The notes: a model not told the origin generated them from the sequence alone. A DNA stretch of 64,000 bases from an uncultured cyanobacterium (GCA_963740315.1 CAVUDP010000002.1:3488001-3552000); one strand, 5' to 3'; shown: positions 31,238 to 41,715, numbered from the stretch's first letter. Numbers and translations are program-made.

Positions 31238-31462
31238 ATGAATAACTTATTAACTCGGATTACCCAAATACCCGGTCAGTGCGGTGGTCGCCCTTGCATT
31301 CGAGGTATGAGAATTAGGGTGAGCGATATTTTAGAAATGTTGGCAGAAAATGTTAGTACTACTGAAATTTTAGAAGACTTTCCCGATCTAGAACCTGAAG
31401 ATATCCAAGCTTGTCTACTGTTTGCTGCACGACGCACTGATTTCTCTCGTTTGACTGCATGA
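31238..31462 (+). CDS. DUF433 antitoxin
   Basis: RITQIPGQCGGRPCIRGMRIRVSDILEML...ILEDFPDLEPEDIQACL. Confidence 0.9.
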   Translation: MNNLLTRITQIPGQCGGRPCIRGMRIRVSDILEMLAENVSTTEILEDFPDLEPEDIQACLLFAARRTDFSRLTA

Positions 31463-31800
31463 AAATTTGGATTGATGCTCAGTTACCCCCAACCTTAGCA
31501 AACTGGATCGCAAATACTTTTAGCTTAGAGGCTTCAGCACTGCGAGATATTGGATTACGAGACTCAAAAGATACCGATATTTTTGAAGCGGCGCGGACTG
31601 TTAACGCAGTCATCATCACAAAAGATAGTGACTTCGTTGACTTGGTATGTCGGCTAGGCACACCACCCCAAATTATTTGGCTAACTTGTGGCAACGTCAC
31701 TAATCGTTATCTACGTGAACTTCTCATTGTCACATTACCCGATGCATTGGAAAGATTACGACAAGGAGAAATGATTGTAGAAATTAGTAGTACGAACTAA
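31459..31800 (+). CDS. DUF5615 PIN-like toxin
   Basis: MKIWIDAQLPP, GLRDSKDTDIF, IITKDSDF, PPQIIWLTCGN; ATGA overlap with the DUF433 gene. Confidence 0.88.
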   Translation: MKIWIDAQLPPTLANWIANTFSLEASALRDIGLRDSKDTDIFEAARTVNAVIITKDSDFVDLVCRLGTPPQIIWLTCGNVTNRYLRELLIVTLPDALERLRQGEMIVEISSTN

Positions 31801-31928
31801 GCGATTTGCTTATTCATCTAATAGCTTAATTTAGGCGAAACTTGTTCAGAGGTTGGTTATGTAGAAGCGAAGTCGTCCCCAACCCCTTCAATTAGAGATA
31901 ATATTTTCAAAGCATTAATTATCCACCG

Positions 31929-32546
31929 ATGACTCAAGCCTTACCCAAACTTGTTACCTTCGAGGAATTTATCGATCGCCTACCTGAATCCGGGGTACGC
32001 TACGAACTACATAATGGAAATATTATCGAAATCGCGCAACCAGTAGGGGAACATGAGGAAGTTACAGGATTTTTGACTATAAAGCTTAGTGCTTTAATTG
32101 ACCGATTAAACTTGCCTTTCAGTATCCCTAATAAAGTTATAGTCAAACCTCCTCAAAAAGATACTGGCTATTTCCCAGATATTTTGGTACTAAATCGCGC
32201 AAATTTGATAAACGAACCATTATGGAAAAAAGCATCTACTTTAAGTAGTGGTGCATCAATACCTTTAGTAATTGAAGTCGTATCAACTAATTGGCGCGAT
32301 GATTATCACTTCAAGTATGCTGACTATGAGGAGATTGGTATTCCCGAATATTGGATTGTAGATTATGCAGCGCTAGGTGGACGTAATTTTATTGGAAATC
32401 CCAAACAACCAACAATTTCTGTATGTAACTTAGTTGATGGGGAATATCGAATAAATAAGTTTCAAAATAATGAGCAAATTGTTTCTCAAACTTTCCCCGA
32501 TTTAAAACTTACAGCTAACCAGATTTTTCAAGCTGGTGCGGTATAG
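31929..32546 (+). CDS. Uma2 family putative endonuclease
   Basis: RYELHNG, YFPDILV, IPLVIEVVSTNWRDDY..K..DYE.IGIPEYWIVD. Confidence 0.92.
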   Translation: MTQALPKLVTFEEFIDRLPESGVRYELHNGNIIEIAQPVGEHEEVTGFLTIKLSALIDRLNLPFSIPNKVIVKPPQKDTGYFPDILVLNRANLINEPLWKKASTLSSGASIPLVIEVVSTNWRDDYHFKYADYEEIGIPEYWIVDYAALGGRNFIGNPKQPTISVCNLVDGEYRINKFQNNEQIVSQTFPDLKLTANQIFQAGAV

Positions 32547-32855
32547 AATTTATTAAAAACACTGATAATATTTACCAGTCCTATTCATAGGACTTTTGCT
32601 ATTAGTTTGGGGTTTGCAACCCCAAGCGGTGTTAATAATGGCGCAAAATGTAAGATTTAAAGGACTTACCATATTTCCTCAACTTATTATTGGTGCGTGA
32701 CGCTAAAACAATATTATTTTCCTTTCAAAATTTTTAAAAGCCTCACACACCCTACAATTATTAGTAATAAAAATAGAAATTTTATATTCCCAAATTTTAA
32801 AATTCCCCGTAACACCTAAAATGCTATATTTCCCACCGTCGCATACGTAATTTTT

Positions 32856-33785
32856 ATGACTAATCAAAAATCAGTTGCTATTCTCGGTGCGGGTGCTTGG
32901 GGAAAAGCACTGGCAACTCTTGCTCAAACCAATGCTCACAACGTAAAAATATACTCGCGTCGTGCCTCGCAAACTTTGGCGCAGACGGTGGAAGGTGCGG
33001 ATATTATTCTCAGTGCTGTTTCGATGAAGGGGGTAAGAGATGTTGTTTCTCAATTACAGTCTTTACCTATTTCTCCTCATACTATTTTTGTCACTGCTAC
33101 TAAAGGTTTAGATCCTCAAACTACCTGCACACCTTCGCAAATTTGGCAAGATAGTTTTCCCGATAATCCAGTAGTGGTTTTATGCGGTCCTAATTTATCT
33201 AAGGAAATTACCCAGGAATTACCAGCAGCGACTGTAGTTGCTAGCAAGATTGAAAGTGCAGCGGAATCGGTGCAGATGGTATTCAATTCAACTCGATTCC
33301 GAGTTTATACAAATTCCGATCCTTTGGGGGTGGAATTAGGCGGAACTTTAAAAAATGTGATGGCGATCGCAGCTGGTGTATGTGACGGTTTGCAGTTGGG
33401 AACTAATGCCAAAGCTGCGCTGCTGACTCGCGGGCTGACTGAAATGGTTCGTATCGGCGTACATTGGGGTGCGAAACTGGAAACTTTTTATGGTTTATCC
33501 GGTTTGGGTGATATTTTGGCAACCTGCAACAGTCCTTTAAGTCGTAATTACCAAGTTGGATATCAATTAGGACAAGGTAAAACGCTCGCAGAAATTCTTT
33601 CTCAACTTGAGGAAACTGCTGAAGGAGTAAATACAGCTTCCGTTTTGGTACAGCGAGCCAAACAACAAAATATTTCGATGCCGATAACTCAAGAAGTTTA
33701 CCGTCTGCTTAAAGCCGAAGTCACACCGCGACAAGCACTGCTGGATTTAATGACGCGAGATATTAAGCCGGAATATAACAATTAA
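32856..33785 (+). CDS. gpsA: NAD(P)H-dependent glycerol-3-phosphate dehydrogenase
   Basis: GAGAWG, TATKGL, GPNLSKEI, GVELGGTLKNVMAIAAG, GLGDILATC..SRN. Confidence 0.95.
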   Translation: MTNQKSVAILGAGAWGKALATLAQTNAHNVKIYSRRASQTLAQTVEGADIILSAVSMKGVRDVVSQLQSLPISPHTIFVTATKGLDPQTTCTPSQIWQDSFPDNPVVVLCGPNLSKEITQELPAATVVASKIESAAESVQMVFNSTRFRVYTNSDPLGVELGGTLKNVMAIAAGVCDGLQLGTNAKAALLTRGLTEMVRIGVHWGAKLETFYGLSGLGDILATCNSPLSRNYQVGYQLGQGKTLAEILSQLEETAEGVNTASVLVQRAKQQNISMPITQEVYRLLKAEVTPRQALLDLMTRDIKPEYNN

Positions 33786-34236
33786 TTAGGAATTCGGCAT
33801 AGGGCATTGGGATAAACCTTTGACATGCAGACCTAAAATACCAAGATTCCCTGACGATTAAAAAAAAATTCGTCAGGAAATAACTTTCATCGCTATGTAT
33901 ATATGACTATGACTATGATTTATAACTTGTTTCTTTGTCTATCTTTATACCATGATTTATTCGCTAATGTCAAGATTTTAAAGATGTAAATTTGACTGGC
34001 TCTGCCGGTTAATTGCAGTCTGGTTAAGCATTTGAATTACTGTTGGTTCAAATTAATTGCTGGGCTGATACGCTTAAAAAAGTTAGTATTAAATGAAATC
34101 AGTATGGTTTTGATTCAAAAAAAAACCAAATTAATTTCTAAATAATGTTAGTTCCCCCTTAATCGCGGGAACAATAGCAACAGTTGATTAGCTTTGACTG
34201 CTAATAATTGTTACCTGGAGCCATTGAGAAATTCTT

Positions 34237-35496
34237 ATGCCAGCAACATCTTTTTATGCCGATGCCGATACCGCTTACGAAACTCAAAAATCCCCTCAAG
34301 ATTTTGAACCGGAAATAGCCGTTGATGATAATTCTGTGCCGAAGGATCAGGACTTGGAACAACTAGAGATGGCTACGAACGATACAGAAAGGGCAAGTGC
34401 TAGCACAAAAACCCGCAGTACGGATTTGGTTCGTTTATATCTCCAGGAAATTGGTAGAGTTCGGTTATTAGGACGAGATGAAGAGGTTTCAGAAGCTCAA
34501 AAAGTCCAGCGTTATTTGAAGTTACGGATACTGTTGTCCGAAGCTGCAACCCAAGGAGATGAATTACTCGTTCATTACTTGAAAATAGTTGAAGCTCAAG
34601 AACGTTTGACATCCGAGTTAGGACATCGCCCTTCGATGAAAAGATGGGCTAATACTGCTGGTATTGAGGAGTCCGAGCTAAAAGGTGCTTTATCCCAAGG
34701 TAAGCGCCGTTGGGCTGAAACTGCTAATTTGACCGTAAAGGAATTAGAGCAAGTTCAAACTCAAGGATTGCAAGCCAAGGAACACATGATTAAGGCGAAT
34801 CTTCGTCTTGTAGTTTCTGTTGCTAAGAAATATCAAAATCGTGGCTTGGAATTATTGGATTTAGTCCAAGAAGGTACTTTAGGTTTGGAAAGAGCGGTAG
34901 AAAAGTTCAATCCAACTAAGGGTTATCGCTTTAGTACCTACGCTTACTGGTGGATTCGTCAAGGTATTACCAGAGCGATCGCCACTTCTAGCCGTACTAT
35001 TCGCCTACCAGTCCACATCACCGAAAAGTTAAACAAAATCAAGAAAGCTCAACGTAAAATAGCTCAAGAAAAAGGTCGCACTCCGACTTTGGAAGACTTG
35101 GCTGTTGAGTTGGAAATGACTCCCGCTCAAGTACGAGAAGTTTTATTAAGAGTTCCTCGTTCTGTTTCTCTTGAAACTAAAGTAGGTAAAGATAAAGATA
35201 CCGAATTAGGTGAATTACTTGAAACCGATGGTGTAACACCTGAAGAAATGTTGATGCGAGAATCTCTTCAAAGAGACTTGCAAAATCTTTTAGCCGATTT
35301 AACTACCCGCGAACGCGATGTTATTTTAATGCGTTTTGGTTTGGCTGATGGTCATCCCTACTCCCTCGCAGAAATTGGACGCGCTCTGGATTTATCCCGC
35401 GAACGTGTTAGACAAATCGAATCTAAGGCTTTACAAAAGTTACGTCAACCAAAACGACGTAATTTGATTCGCGATTACTTAGAATCCCTCAGCTAG
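34237..35496 (+). CDS. sigC: Group 2 RNA polymerase sigma factor SigC
   Basis: STDLVRLYLQEIGRV, ANLRLVVSVAKKYQNRGL, YRFSTYAYWWIRQGITRAIATSSRTIRLPVH; gpsA-sigC-fur order as in Anabaena. Confidence 0.9.
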   Translation: MPATSFYADADTAYETQKSPQDFEPEIAVDDNSVPKDQDLEQLEMATNDTERASASTKTRSTDLVRLYLQEIGRVRLLGRDEEVSEAQKVQRYLKLRILLSEAATQGDELLVHYLKIVEAQERLTSELGHRPSMKRWANTAGIEESELKGALSQGKRRWAETANLTVKELEQVQTQGLQAKEHMIKANLRLVVSVAKKYQNRGLELLDLVQEGTLGLERAVEKFNPTKGYRFSTYAYWWIRQGITRAIATSSRTIRLPVHITEKLNKIKKAQRKIAQEKGRTPTLEDLAVELEMTPAQVREVLLRVPRSVSLETKVGKDKDTELGELLETDGVTPEEMLMRESLQRDLQNLLADLTTRERDVILMRFGLADGHPYSLAEIGRALDLSRERVRQIESKALQKLRQPKRRNLIRDYLESLS

Positions 35497-35880
35497 AAGT
35501 TTAATTTCAAAGTGAATCAGCGCGGGGGATGGGAAGTCATCCGCAATACACCCGAGTCATATTGGGATAAGGCGTGGTTTCCCCGTTGCCAAAACAAATA
35601 CCTATGTTTTCCGCGCCAGACACTTCTCTTCACAAGCGATTGATATATAAAGCCAGCGGTATTAGTTCCCATACCCGGCGTTACAATAATTGACTATTTT
35701 GGATGCAGCGATTTTAGATAAAAAAATCGTTAATCCCTCGATCGAATAACTTCTTCGATTCCTGTACAAGTTTATAAAAAGCTTGCCCACCGTCTTTCTC
35801 TCGATCCACGTTAACAGAAATTAAGCTCAATCCAAACCCATGATTTTTTGTTTGATATGCAGTCCGATTCTGCCGTTCTA

Positions 35881-35925
35881 CAATCAATAATTATTATCAA
35901 CAATCTAGAATTATTGCAAACAGGT
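35881..35925. promoter_or_regulatory. AT-rich Fur-box-like region upstream of fur
   Basis: caataattattatcaacaatctagaattattg, repeated nATWAT-like units; FurA autoregulation is known in Anabaena. Confidence 0.4.
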
Positions 35926-35976
35926 GGATTTATTTGCTATATTCGCAATTGATAGGGTTTGTTGAGAAAAATTAGT

Positions 35977-36432
35977 ATGACAATTTACACTACTGCTTCA
36001 CTCAAGGCAGAACTCAACGAACGAGGTTGGCGTTTAACACCTCAGAGAGAAGTTATTCTACACATTTTTCAGGAGCTTCCTCAAGGAGAGCATCTGAGTG
36101 CAGAGGATCTTTATCAAAGGCTACAAGTCGATAATGAAGGGATAAGTCTTTCAACGATTTATCGGACTTTGAAGTTGATGGCACGCATGGGTATTTTGCG
36201 GGAATTGGAACTGGGCGAAGGTCATAAACACTATGAGCTAAACCAGCCTTATCCCCACCATCACCATCACCTAATTTGCGTGAGGTGCAACACGACTACC
36301 GAGTTCAAGAATGACTCAATCTTAAAGATTGGGTTAAAAACTGCTCAAAAAGATGGTTATCATCTTTTAGACTGCCAATTGACTATTCACGGAGTATGTC
36401 CCAAGTGCCAGCGAGCATTAATGCCTTTATAA
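35977..36432 (+). CDS. furA: Ferric uptake regulator FurA
   Basis: GWRLTPQRE, HLSAEDLY, SLSTIYRTL, HHHHHLICVRC, GVCPKC. Confidence 0.93.
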   Translation: MTIYTTASLKAELNERGWRLTPQREVILHIFQELPQGEHLSAEDLYQRLQVDNEGISLSTIYRTLKLMARMGILRELELGEGHKHYELNQPYPHHHHHLICVRCNTTTEFKNDSILKIGLKTAQKDGYHLLDCQLTIHGVCPKCQRALMPL

Positions 36433-36549
36433 CACTTGGTCCATTTTTACGTTTGAGTAGTTTTATTAGATGTATTTTCTAGCAATTTACCAGCAGTTTT
36501 TAACTTGCTCGCAGTACATAAATGCTAGTCAAGCCGCGCGAAACGGATG

Positions 36550-37710
36550 TTAAAACCGTCCGTTTCTCACATCCTTTAAACTAACATCGTAAAATTCTTG
36601 AGCCTGTTTAATGGCTTGTTGAGTATCTTTACTCATCATTCCGTTCAGGGGACCTTTATAGAAACCCCGTGCTTGCAAGCGTCTTTGGATCTCCAAAACA
36701 TTAAATTCAGCTTTTTGCGCTTCATTTACATTTCTATACAATTTGCCGCGAGTAGTAGGTCCGGCGATGCCGCTAGCAGCTAAATAATTAGAATCTTGGA
36801 ATCGCTTCACCGCATCACTGGTATAGGGACCGAAATAACCATTTGGTTGTCCCTTTAGATATCCGGCTTTGATTAACTGTGCTTGTAATATTCTTACAGG
36901 TTCGCCCCGATCGCCCAAACCGAGAAATTCTTTGTTTCGTCTCGTAGCAGCTATAGTCATGCTCTTGGGAGCTTCTTCATCGCCAAAGCCAACCCCCATT
37001 GGCGGTAATTTGGTTAGCGTTTGCGCTCCTACAATACCGTCAACGTCTAAACCATAAGCTCTTTGGAACCGCTTCACGGCATCTTCGGTAATTGGTCCGT
37101 AAATACCAGTAGAATTACCGTAATAAAATCCTGCTACTCGCAACCTTTCTTGCAAAGCTTGGACGGCTTCACCTTCATCACCTTTACCCAGCAAATTGGG
37201 ATTGCGGCGCTTCGATGTATTGGCAGCAACCTTTATTGAGGGTTTTGGCTGATTTTCAGAAGCTCTAACTGCTGGTTTTTTCGTAGCTGCTGCATTAGTA
37301 TTCACAGTTACAGCCGCACGCCAGCCCTCTAACTGTTGTAGTGTAGAAGGTCCAGCTACACCATCAACCCCGATGCTAGCAGCTTTTTGAAAGCGCTTAA
37401 CAGCATCTTCTGTTTTAATGTCATACACTTGAGTGATAGGAGCTTGATAAAAACCAGCCCTCTTCAAATCTTGCTGCAAATTCTTGACAGACGGACCTCT
37501 ATCTCCTTTTTGCAAAGCTAAAGCGCTACTGGCAATGCTAAGAATAGAGATAGCTAAGATTAGAGGTAACATATACCTCCAAGCCTTACTCGAAAAACGT
37601 TTGAAATCTGGACTTTGTGAAGTTTTCAACCAGGAATTAAGGTAAATCAATTCACTGGCTGAGGGATCTTCATAAACTCCAGCTAAGTGTAAATACGCAA
37701 GATTTTCCAT
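36550..37710 (-). CDS. Peptidoglycan-binding domain protein (Alr1690-like)
   Basis: Repeated L.KGD.G..V..LQ..L..AG.Y...G.YGP.T.DAVKRFQ...DG..G..T units; convergent with furA. Confidence 0.9.
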   Translation of the reverse strand: MENLAYLHLAGVYEDPSASELIYLNSWLKTSQSPDFKRFSSKAWRYMLPLILAISILSIASSALALQKGDRGPSVKNLQQDLKRAGFYQAPITQVYDIKTEDAVKRFQKAASIGVDGVAGPSTLQQLEGWRAAVTVNTNAAATKKPAVRASENQPKPSIKVAANTSKRRNPNLLGKGDEGEAVQALQERLRVAGFYYGNSTGIYGPITEDAVKRFQRAYGLDVDGIVGAQTLTKLPPMGVGFGDEEAPKSMTIAATRRNKEFLGLGDRGEPVRILQAQLIKAGYLKGQPNGYFGPYTSDAVKRFQDSNYLAASGIAGPTTRGKLYRNVNEAQKAEFNVLEIQRRLQARGFYKGPLNGMMSKDTQQAIKQAQEFYDVSLKDVRNGRF

Positions 37711-37719
37711 ATTTTTCTC

Positions 37720-40700
37720 TTATACTACCGATTTTTCTTCTATTGCTGCTTCTGCTTGGTGAACCAGGTTTCGCAAATTATCTAAAGTTGATATATTTAC
37801 ATCCTGCCATAAACCGCGCTGGTATGCTTCTAATAATCTTTCAGCAATATCACGCAAAGCATGGGGATTGTTGTTCTCAATGAATTCACAGACTTTTGTG
37901 TCGAAAAGATAAGCTTCGGCAATTCCCTGGTACATATGATCTTCTACGCAGTTCGCGGTAGCATCATAAGCAAATAAATAATCTACCGTCGCTGCGATTT
38001 CAAATGCACCTTTATAAGCGTGACGCATTACTCCTTCAATCCACTTAGGATTAACAACTCGCGAACGATACACCCTGGCTATTTCTTTTTGAAGCTTGCG
38101 GACTTGCGGATTACTAGGAATAGAATTATCGCCAAAATATGTTTGGGGATTTTTCCCCGTCAACGATCGCACTGCTGCTGTCAAACCACCCTGAAACTGG
38201 TAATAATCATCGGAATCTAGCAAATCGTGTTCCCGATTGTCTTGATTGTGCAGGACTATTTGCATTTTGACTAGACGTTGCTCGAAGGCGGATGGGGCCT
38301 TATAACACAAACCCTTGCCCGTGTAAGCATAGCAGCTCCAATTCATGTACGCACGCGCCAAATCTTCATCTGTATTCCAATTTTGAGATTCAATCAACCC
38401 TTGCAAACCAGCACCATAAGCTCCTCCTTTACTACCAAAAATACGATACCGCGATCGCGCTTCTGCTGCCTCTAAACTTAATCCTTCTTTAAGCCATTGT
38501 TCTGTTTCAGATGTTACGCACGACGCTAGGGGATTGTACTCCTCTGATTCATCTAACGCCGCTACTGCTGTACTTGAAGCGTCAAACAGTTCGATTAAGT
38601 TGGGGAAAGCATCTCGAAAGAAACCAGATATTCTCAGCGTCACATCTACGCGGGGACGCTGTAAAACTGATATCGGTAAAATTTCAAAATCTACCACTCT
38701 CCGCGTTGCACCATCCCACACGGGCTGTACTCCCAGTAAAGCCAAGGCTTGAGCAATATCATCGCCTCCCGTTCGCATGGTAGAAGTTCCCCACACGGAT
38801 AAGGCTAATGTTTTGGGATACTCTCCATGTTCCTGCGTATAGGTTTCCACAAGAGTCTCCGCTGCTTTTCTACCAACATCCCAAGCCGATTCTGTAGGTA
38901 TGGCACGAATATCAACTGAGTAAAAGTTATTACCCGTGGGCAGAACCTCCGGACGACCCCGTGTAGGTGCCCCACTAGGAGCGCTTCTAACGTATCTGCC
39001 GTCAAGTCCTCGTAATAAATTTTTAATTTCTAAATCGGTTTGTATTAAAGAAGGTAGGAGATTTGCACGAATCCATTCTAGAACTAATTGAGTTTGAGAA
39101 TTGGGAGCTTGTATTCGATCGGGTAGAAGAGATTTAGATCCCCCCAACCCCCCGCTAAGTTGGGGGGCTTTTCGTTCGATCGACTCTTCGACGACACAAT
39201 TCGCATATTCTTCCACAAGTTCGATCGCATCACCGACATTGCGACAAGGCACGTTGCTTTGATTTTCAAAAGTTTGAATTGGATTATCTATTAAAGGATC
39301 GATTTCCCAGCCTAAATCTTTAGCAATTGCGCGAGTTAATCCCGAATGATGCCGATTTGGATGACGTGCGATCGCCACGATTAAATCTCTTAGTTGTCTT
39401 CCGTTGGGACATTTTCCAAATACGTGTAAACCATCGCGAATTTGAGCTTCTTTCAATTCACATAGGTATCCATCTAAATAATTTAGAATTATATCAATTT
39501 GTTTTTGATTTTCTAATTGTTCGTTATTAATTTCTAAGTCTAAATGTAAATTTTCTTGAATAACTAATTGAGTAATCCGTTCGTTGATAATTGGTAAACG
39601 TTTGGGGTCTAAATGTTGCGCTTCGTAATATTCATCTACTAAATTTTCTAGTTTTTGTAAGGGACCATAAAGTTCTGCACGAGTTAAAGGTGGAGTGAGG
39701 TGGTCTACAATTACAGCTTGGGCGCGGCGTTTAGCTTGAGAACCTTCCCCAGGGTCGTTGACAATAAAGGGATAAAGGTGTGGAAGCGTGCCAAAAGCAA
39801 CTTCTGGATAGCAATTTTCCGACAAAGCGATACTTTTACCCGGCAGCCATTCCAAATTGCCATGTTTTCCCACATGAATTACAGCATCAGCACCAAAGCA
39901 TTTTCTTATCCAATGATAGAAAGCTAAATAAGTGTGAGTTGGTTCTAAATCCGGCGCGTGATAATTCAAGCTGGGATCGATATCGTAGCCTCGTGCTGGC
40001 TGAATTCCGATGAAAACGTTGCCGAGTTGGATACCGGGAATTGGGAATTGGGCATTGGGCATTGGGCATTGGGAATTGGATTTCTCCCCATCTCCCCATC
40101 TCCCCATCTCCCCATCTCCCCATCTCCCCATCTCCTTATCCCCTTGTCTCCTTGTCTCCTTGTCCTCTTCAAGATTTCCCCATCTTTGACAAATACCCTC
40201 TTGAACAACTTCTGGTAGGGAAGCAAAATATTGTTGATATTTTTGTAAATCAAGACTTTGGCGTATTTTTCTTAAATCTTTGGCTTCTGGATCGTTTGTA
40301 ACTCCTGTGGTGAGTAGTTCTATTAATTCGTTGCCGTTTTCGGGTAAATTTTCTACTTGATAACCGGCGTTTTGTAGGGCTTGCAAAATTTCGATGCAGC
40401 TTTGAGGTGTATCCAATCCAACTCCATTTGCTAAACGTCCGTCGCGGGTGGGATAGTTTGCCAATATCAAAGCTACGCGACGTTTATGGGGAGATTTATA
40501 GCGCAGTTTGACCCAATTTGCCGCTAAATCCGCGACAAATTCAATCCGCGAAGCGACTGGTTTATAAATTACTACGTCAGTTTGTAAAGCCGAATTTTTA
40601 GTTTCTACCGTTTTGAAAGAGACAGCACGACTGATTATGCGTCCATCAACTTCCGGTAGCGCCACATTCATGGCTATATCGCGTGGTGATAATCCTTGAG

Positions 40701-41625
40701 AAGAAGATTCCCATTGTTCAATTGAACTGCTGCTGAGGATGACTTGCAGCACGGGAACATCTAAGTTTTCCCACAACTCTACAGATGGTCTTTCTGTATC
40801 CAATCGCGCTAAAGAAAAACTGGTAGTGTTGAGTATGAAGGAAATATTTGCTCCATCTTGATTTTGTAAAAATTCGGTTAATTGAAGTTGAACGTCGATT
40901 TCCCGCAACGAAGAAATAAAAACTGGAACCGGATTTATATTTCTCTTGGTTAAAGCTTCACATAAAGCATCAATAACTAAAGTATTACCCGCTAGATAAT
41001 GAGCGCGGTAGAAAAGTATGGCGACTTTCGGTAATTGAGTAGAGGGAGAGGGGGAAGAGGGGGAAGAGGGGGAAGAGGGGGAAGCATATAAACCAAACTT
41101 CGCCACTTCCTGGGGAGGTAAAGGATTAAATGATGTGGAAACGCATTTATCGGCAATAAATTTAAAAGCGTTAACAAAATTATCAACCCCACCTTGGCTA
41201 AAATAACGGGAGATTTGGTTGACGCTAGCCAGAGGTAAAGTCGAATGAGATATTAAATTGAGGTCTAACTCATCATCTCCTGGAATGACAATTAAATTGG
41301 TGCCATTGCGTTGCACTATTTCCAACACCACTTCTAAACCGTAAGACCAGTAAGAAATTCCTCCTAATAAGCGTAAAATGATAACTTGGGCAAATTCCAA
41401 AACTTGCTCTGCATAACTATCAATACTTATTTGATGCTGTAAATTTAATAAGTTAGCAGCTCTAATTTCATCGAAGCTAGGAGGTAATTTGGAAACTGCT
41501 GTTGCTATAGTTTGAATATCCGTATCGGCTGAAGTTAAAAATACAAACTTTGCGGTAGTTTGTTCTAGAAATATTAATTCTGACTGTAAGTTAATTTCTT
41601 TGTTACTAGCTGCTGTTCGATGCAT
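37720..41625 (-). CDS. cobN: Cobaltochelatase subunit CobN with in-frame repeat insertions
   Basis: ALPEVDGRI, NGVGLDTP, IQPARG, HVGKHGNLEWLPGK, LKEAQIRDGLH, LPTGNNFYSVD, RVDVTLRISGFFRDAFP, HNQDNREHDLLD, RSRVVNPKW. Confidence 0.96.
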   Translation of the reverse strand: MHRTAASNKEINLQSELIFLEQTTAKFVFLTSADTDIQTIATAVSKLPPSFDEIRAANLLNLQHQISIDSYAEQVLEFAQVIILRLLGGISYWSYGLEVVLEIVQRNGTNLIVIPGDDELDLNLISHSTLPLASVNQISRYFSQGGVDNFVNAFKFIADKCVSTSFNPLPPQEVAKFGLYASPSSPSSPSSPSPSTQLPKVAILFYRAHYLAGNTLVIDALCEALTKRNINPVPVFISSLREIDVQLQLTEFLQNQDGANISFILNTTSFSLARLDTERPSVELWENLDVPVLQVILSSSSIEQWESSSQGLSPRDIAMNVALPEVDGRIISRAVSFKTVETKNSALQTDVVIYKPVASRIEFVADLAANWVKLRYKSPHKRRVALILANYPTRDGRLANGVGLDTPQSCIEILQALQNAGYQVENLPENGNELIELLTTGVTNDPEAKDLRKIRQSLDLQKYQQYFASLPEVVQEGICQRWGNLEEDKETRRQGDKEMGRWGDGEMGRWGDGEKSNSQCPMPNAQFPIPGIQLGNVFIGIQPARGYDIDPSLNYHAPDLEPTHTYLAFYHWIRKCFGADAVIHVGKHGNLEWLPGKSIALSENCYPEVAFGTLPHLYPFIVNDPGEGSQAKRRAQAVIVDHLTPPLTRAELYGPLQKLENLVDEYYEAQHLDPKRLPIINERITQLVIQENLHLDLEINNEQLENQKQIDIILNYLDGYLCELKEAQIRDGLHVFGKCPNGRQLRDLIVAIARHPNRHHSGLTRAIAKDLGWEIDPLIDNPIQTFENQSNVPCRNVGDAIELVEEYANCVVEESIERKAPQLSGGLGGSKSLLPDRIQAPNSQTQLVLEWIRANLLPSLIQTDLEIKNLLRGLDGRYVRSAPSGAPTRGRPEVLPTGNNFYSVDIRAIPTESAWDVGRKAAETLVETYTQEHGEYPKTLALSVWGTSTMRTGGDDIAQALALLGVQPVWDGATRRVVDFEILPISVLQRPRVDVTLRISGFFRDAFPNLIELFDASSTAVAALDESEEYNPLASCVTSETEQWLKEGLSLEAAEARSRYRIFGSKGGAYGAGLQGLIESQNWNTDEDLARAYMNWSCYAYTGKGLCYKAPSAFEQRLVKMQIVLHNQDNREHDLLDSDDYYQFQGGLTAAVRSLTGKNPQTYFGDNSIPSNPQVRKLQKEIARVYRSRVVNPKWIEGVMRHAYKGAFEIAATVDYLFAYDATANCVEDHMYQGIAEAYLFDTKVCEFIENNNPHALRDIAERLLEAYQRGLWQDVNISTLDNLRNLVHQAEAAIEEKSVV
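40035..40165. repeat. STRR cluster inside cobN (ttgggca, ccccatct, ccttgtct)
   Basis: Translates as TRRQGDKEMGRWGDGEMGRWGDGEKSNSQCPMPNAQFPIP. Confidence 0.9.
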
Positions 41626-41715
41626 AATCCTGTATTGCCGTCTTACACTATTGGTTAGAAACACAATTCAAATTTTGTGTGGCGCAAACAATCTTTTCAC
41701 TTGTACTTTTTGAAA

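Noticed and set aside
35512..35633. Cobalamin riboswitch near cobN
   Set aside because: No B12-box/GGGAA...GCAACTG-type consensus on either strand, and it lies downstream rather than upstream of cobN
39887..40301. Several overlapping short ORFs within cobN
   Set aside because: Alternative-frame readings of the STRR insertion
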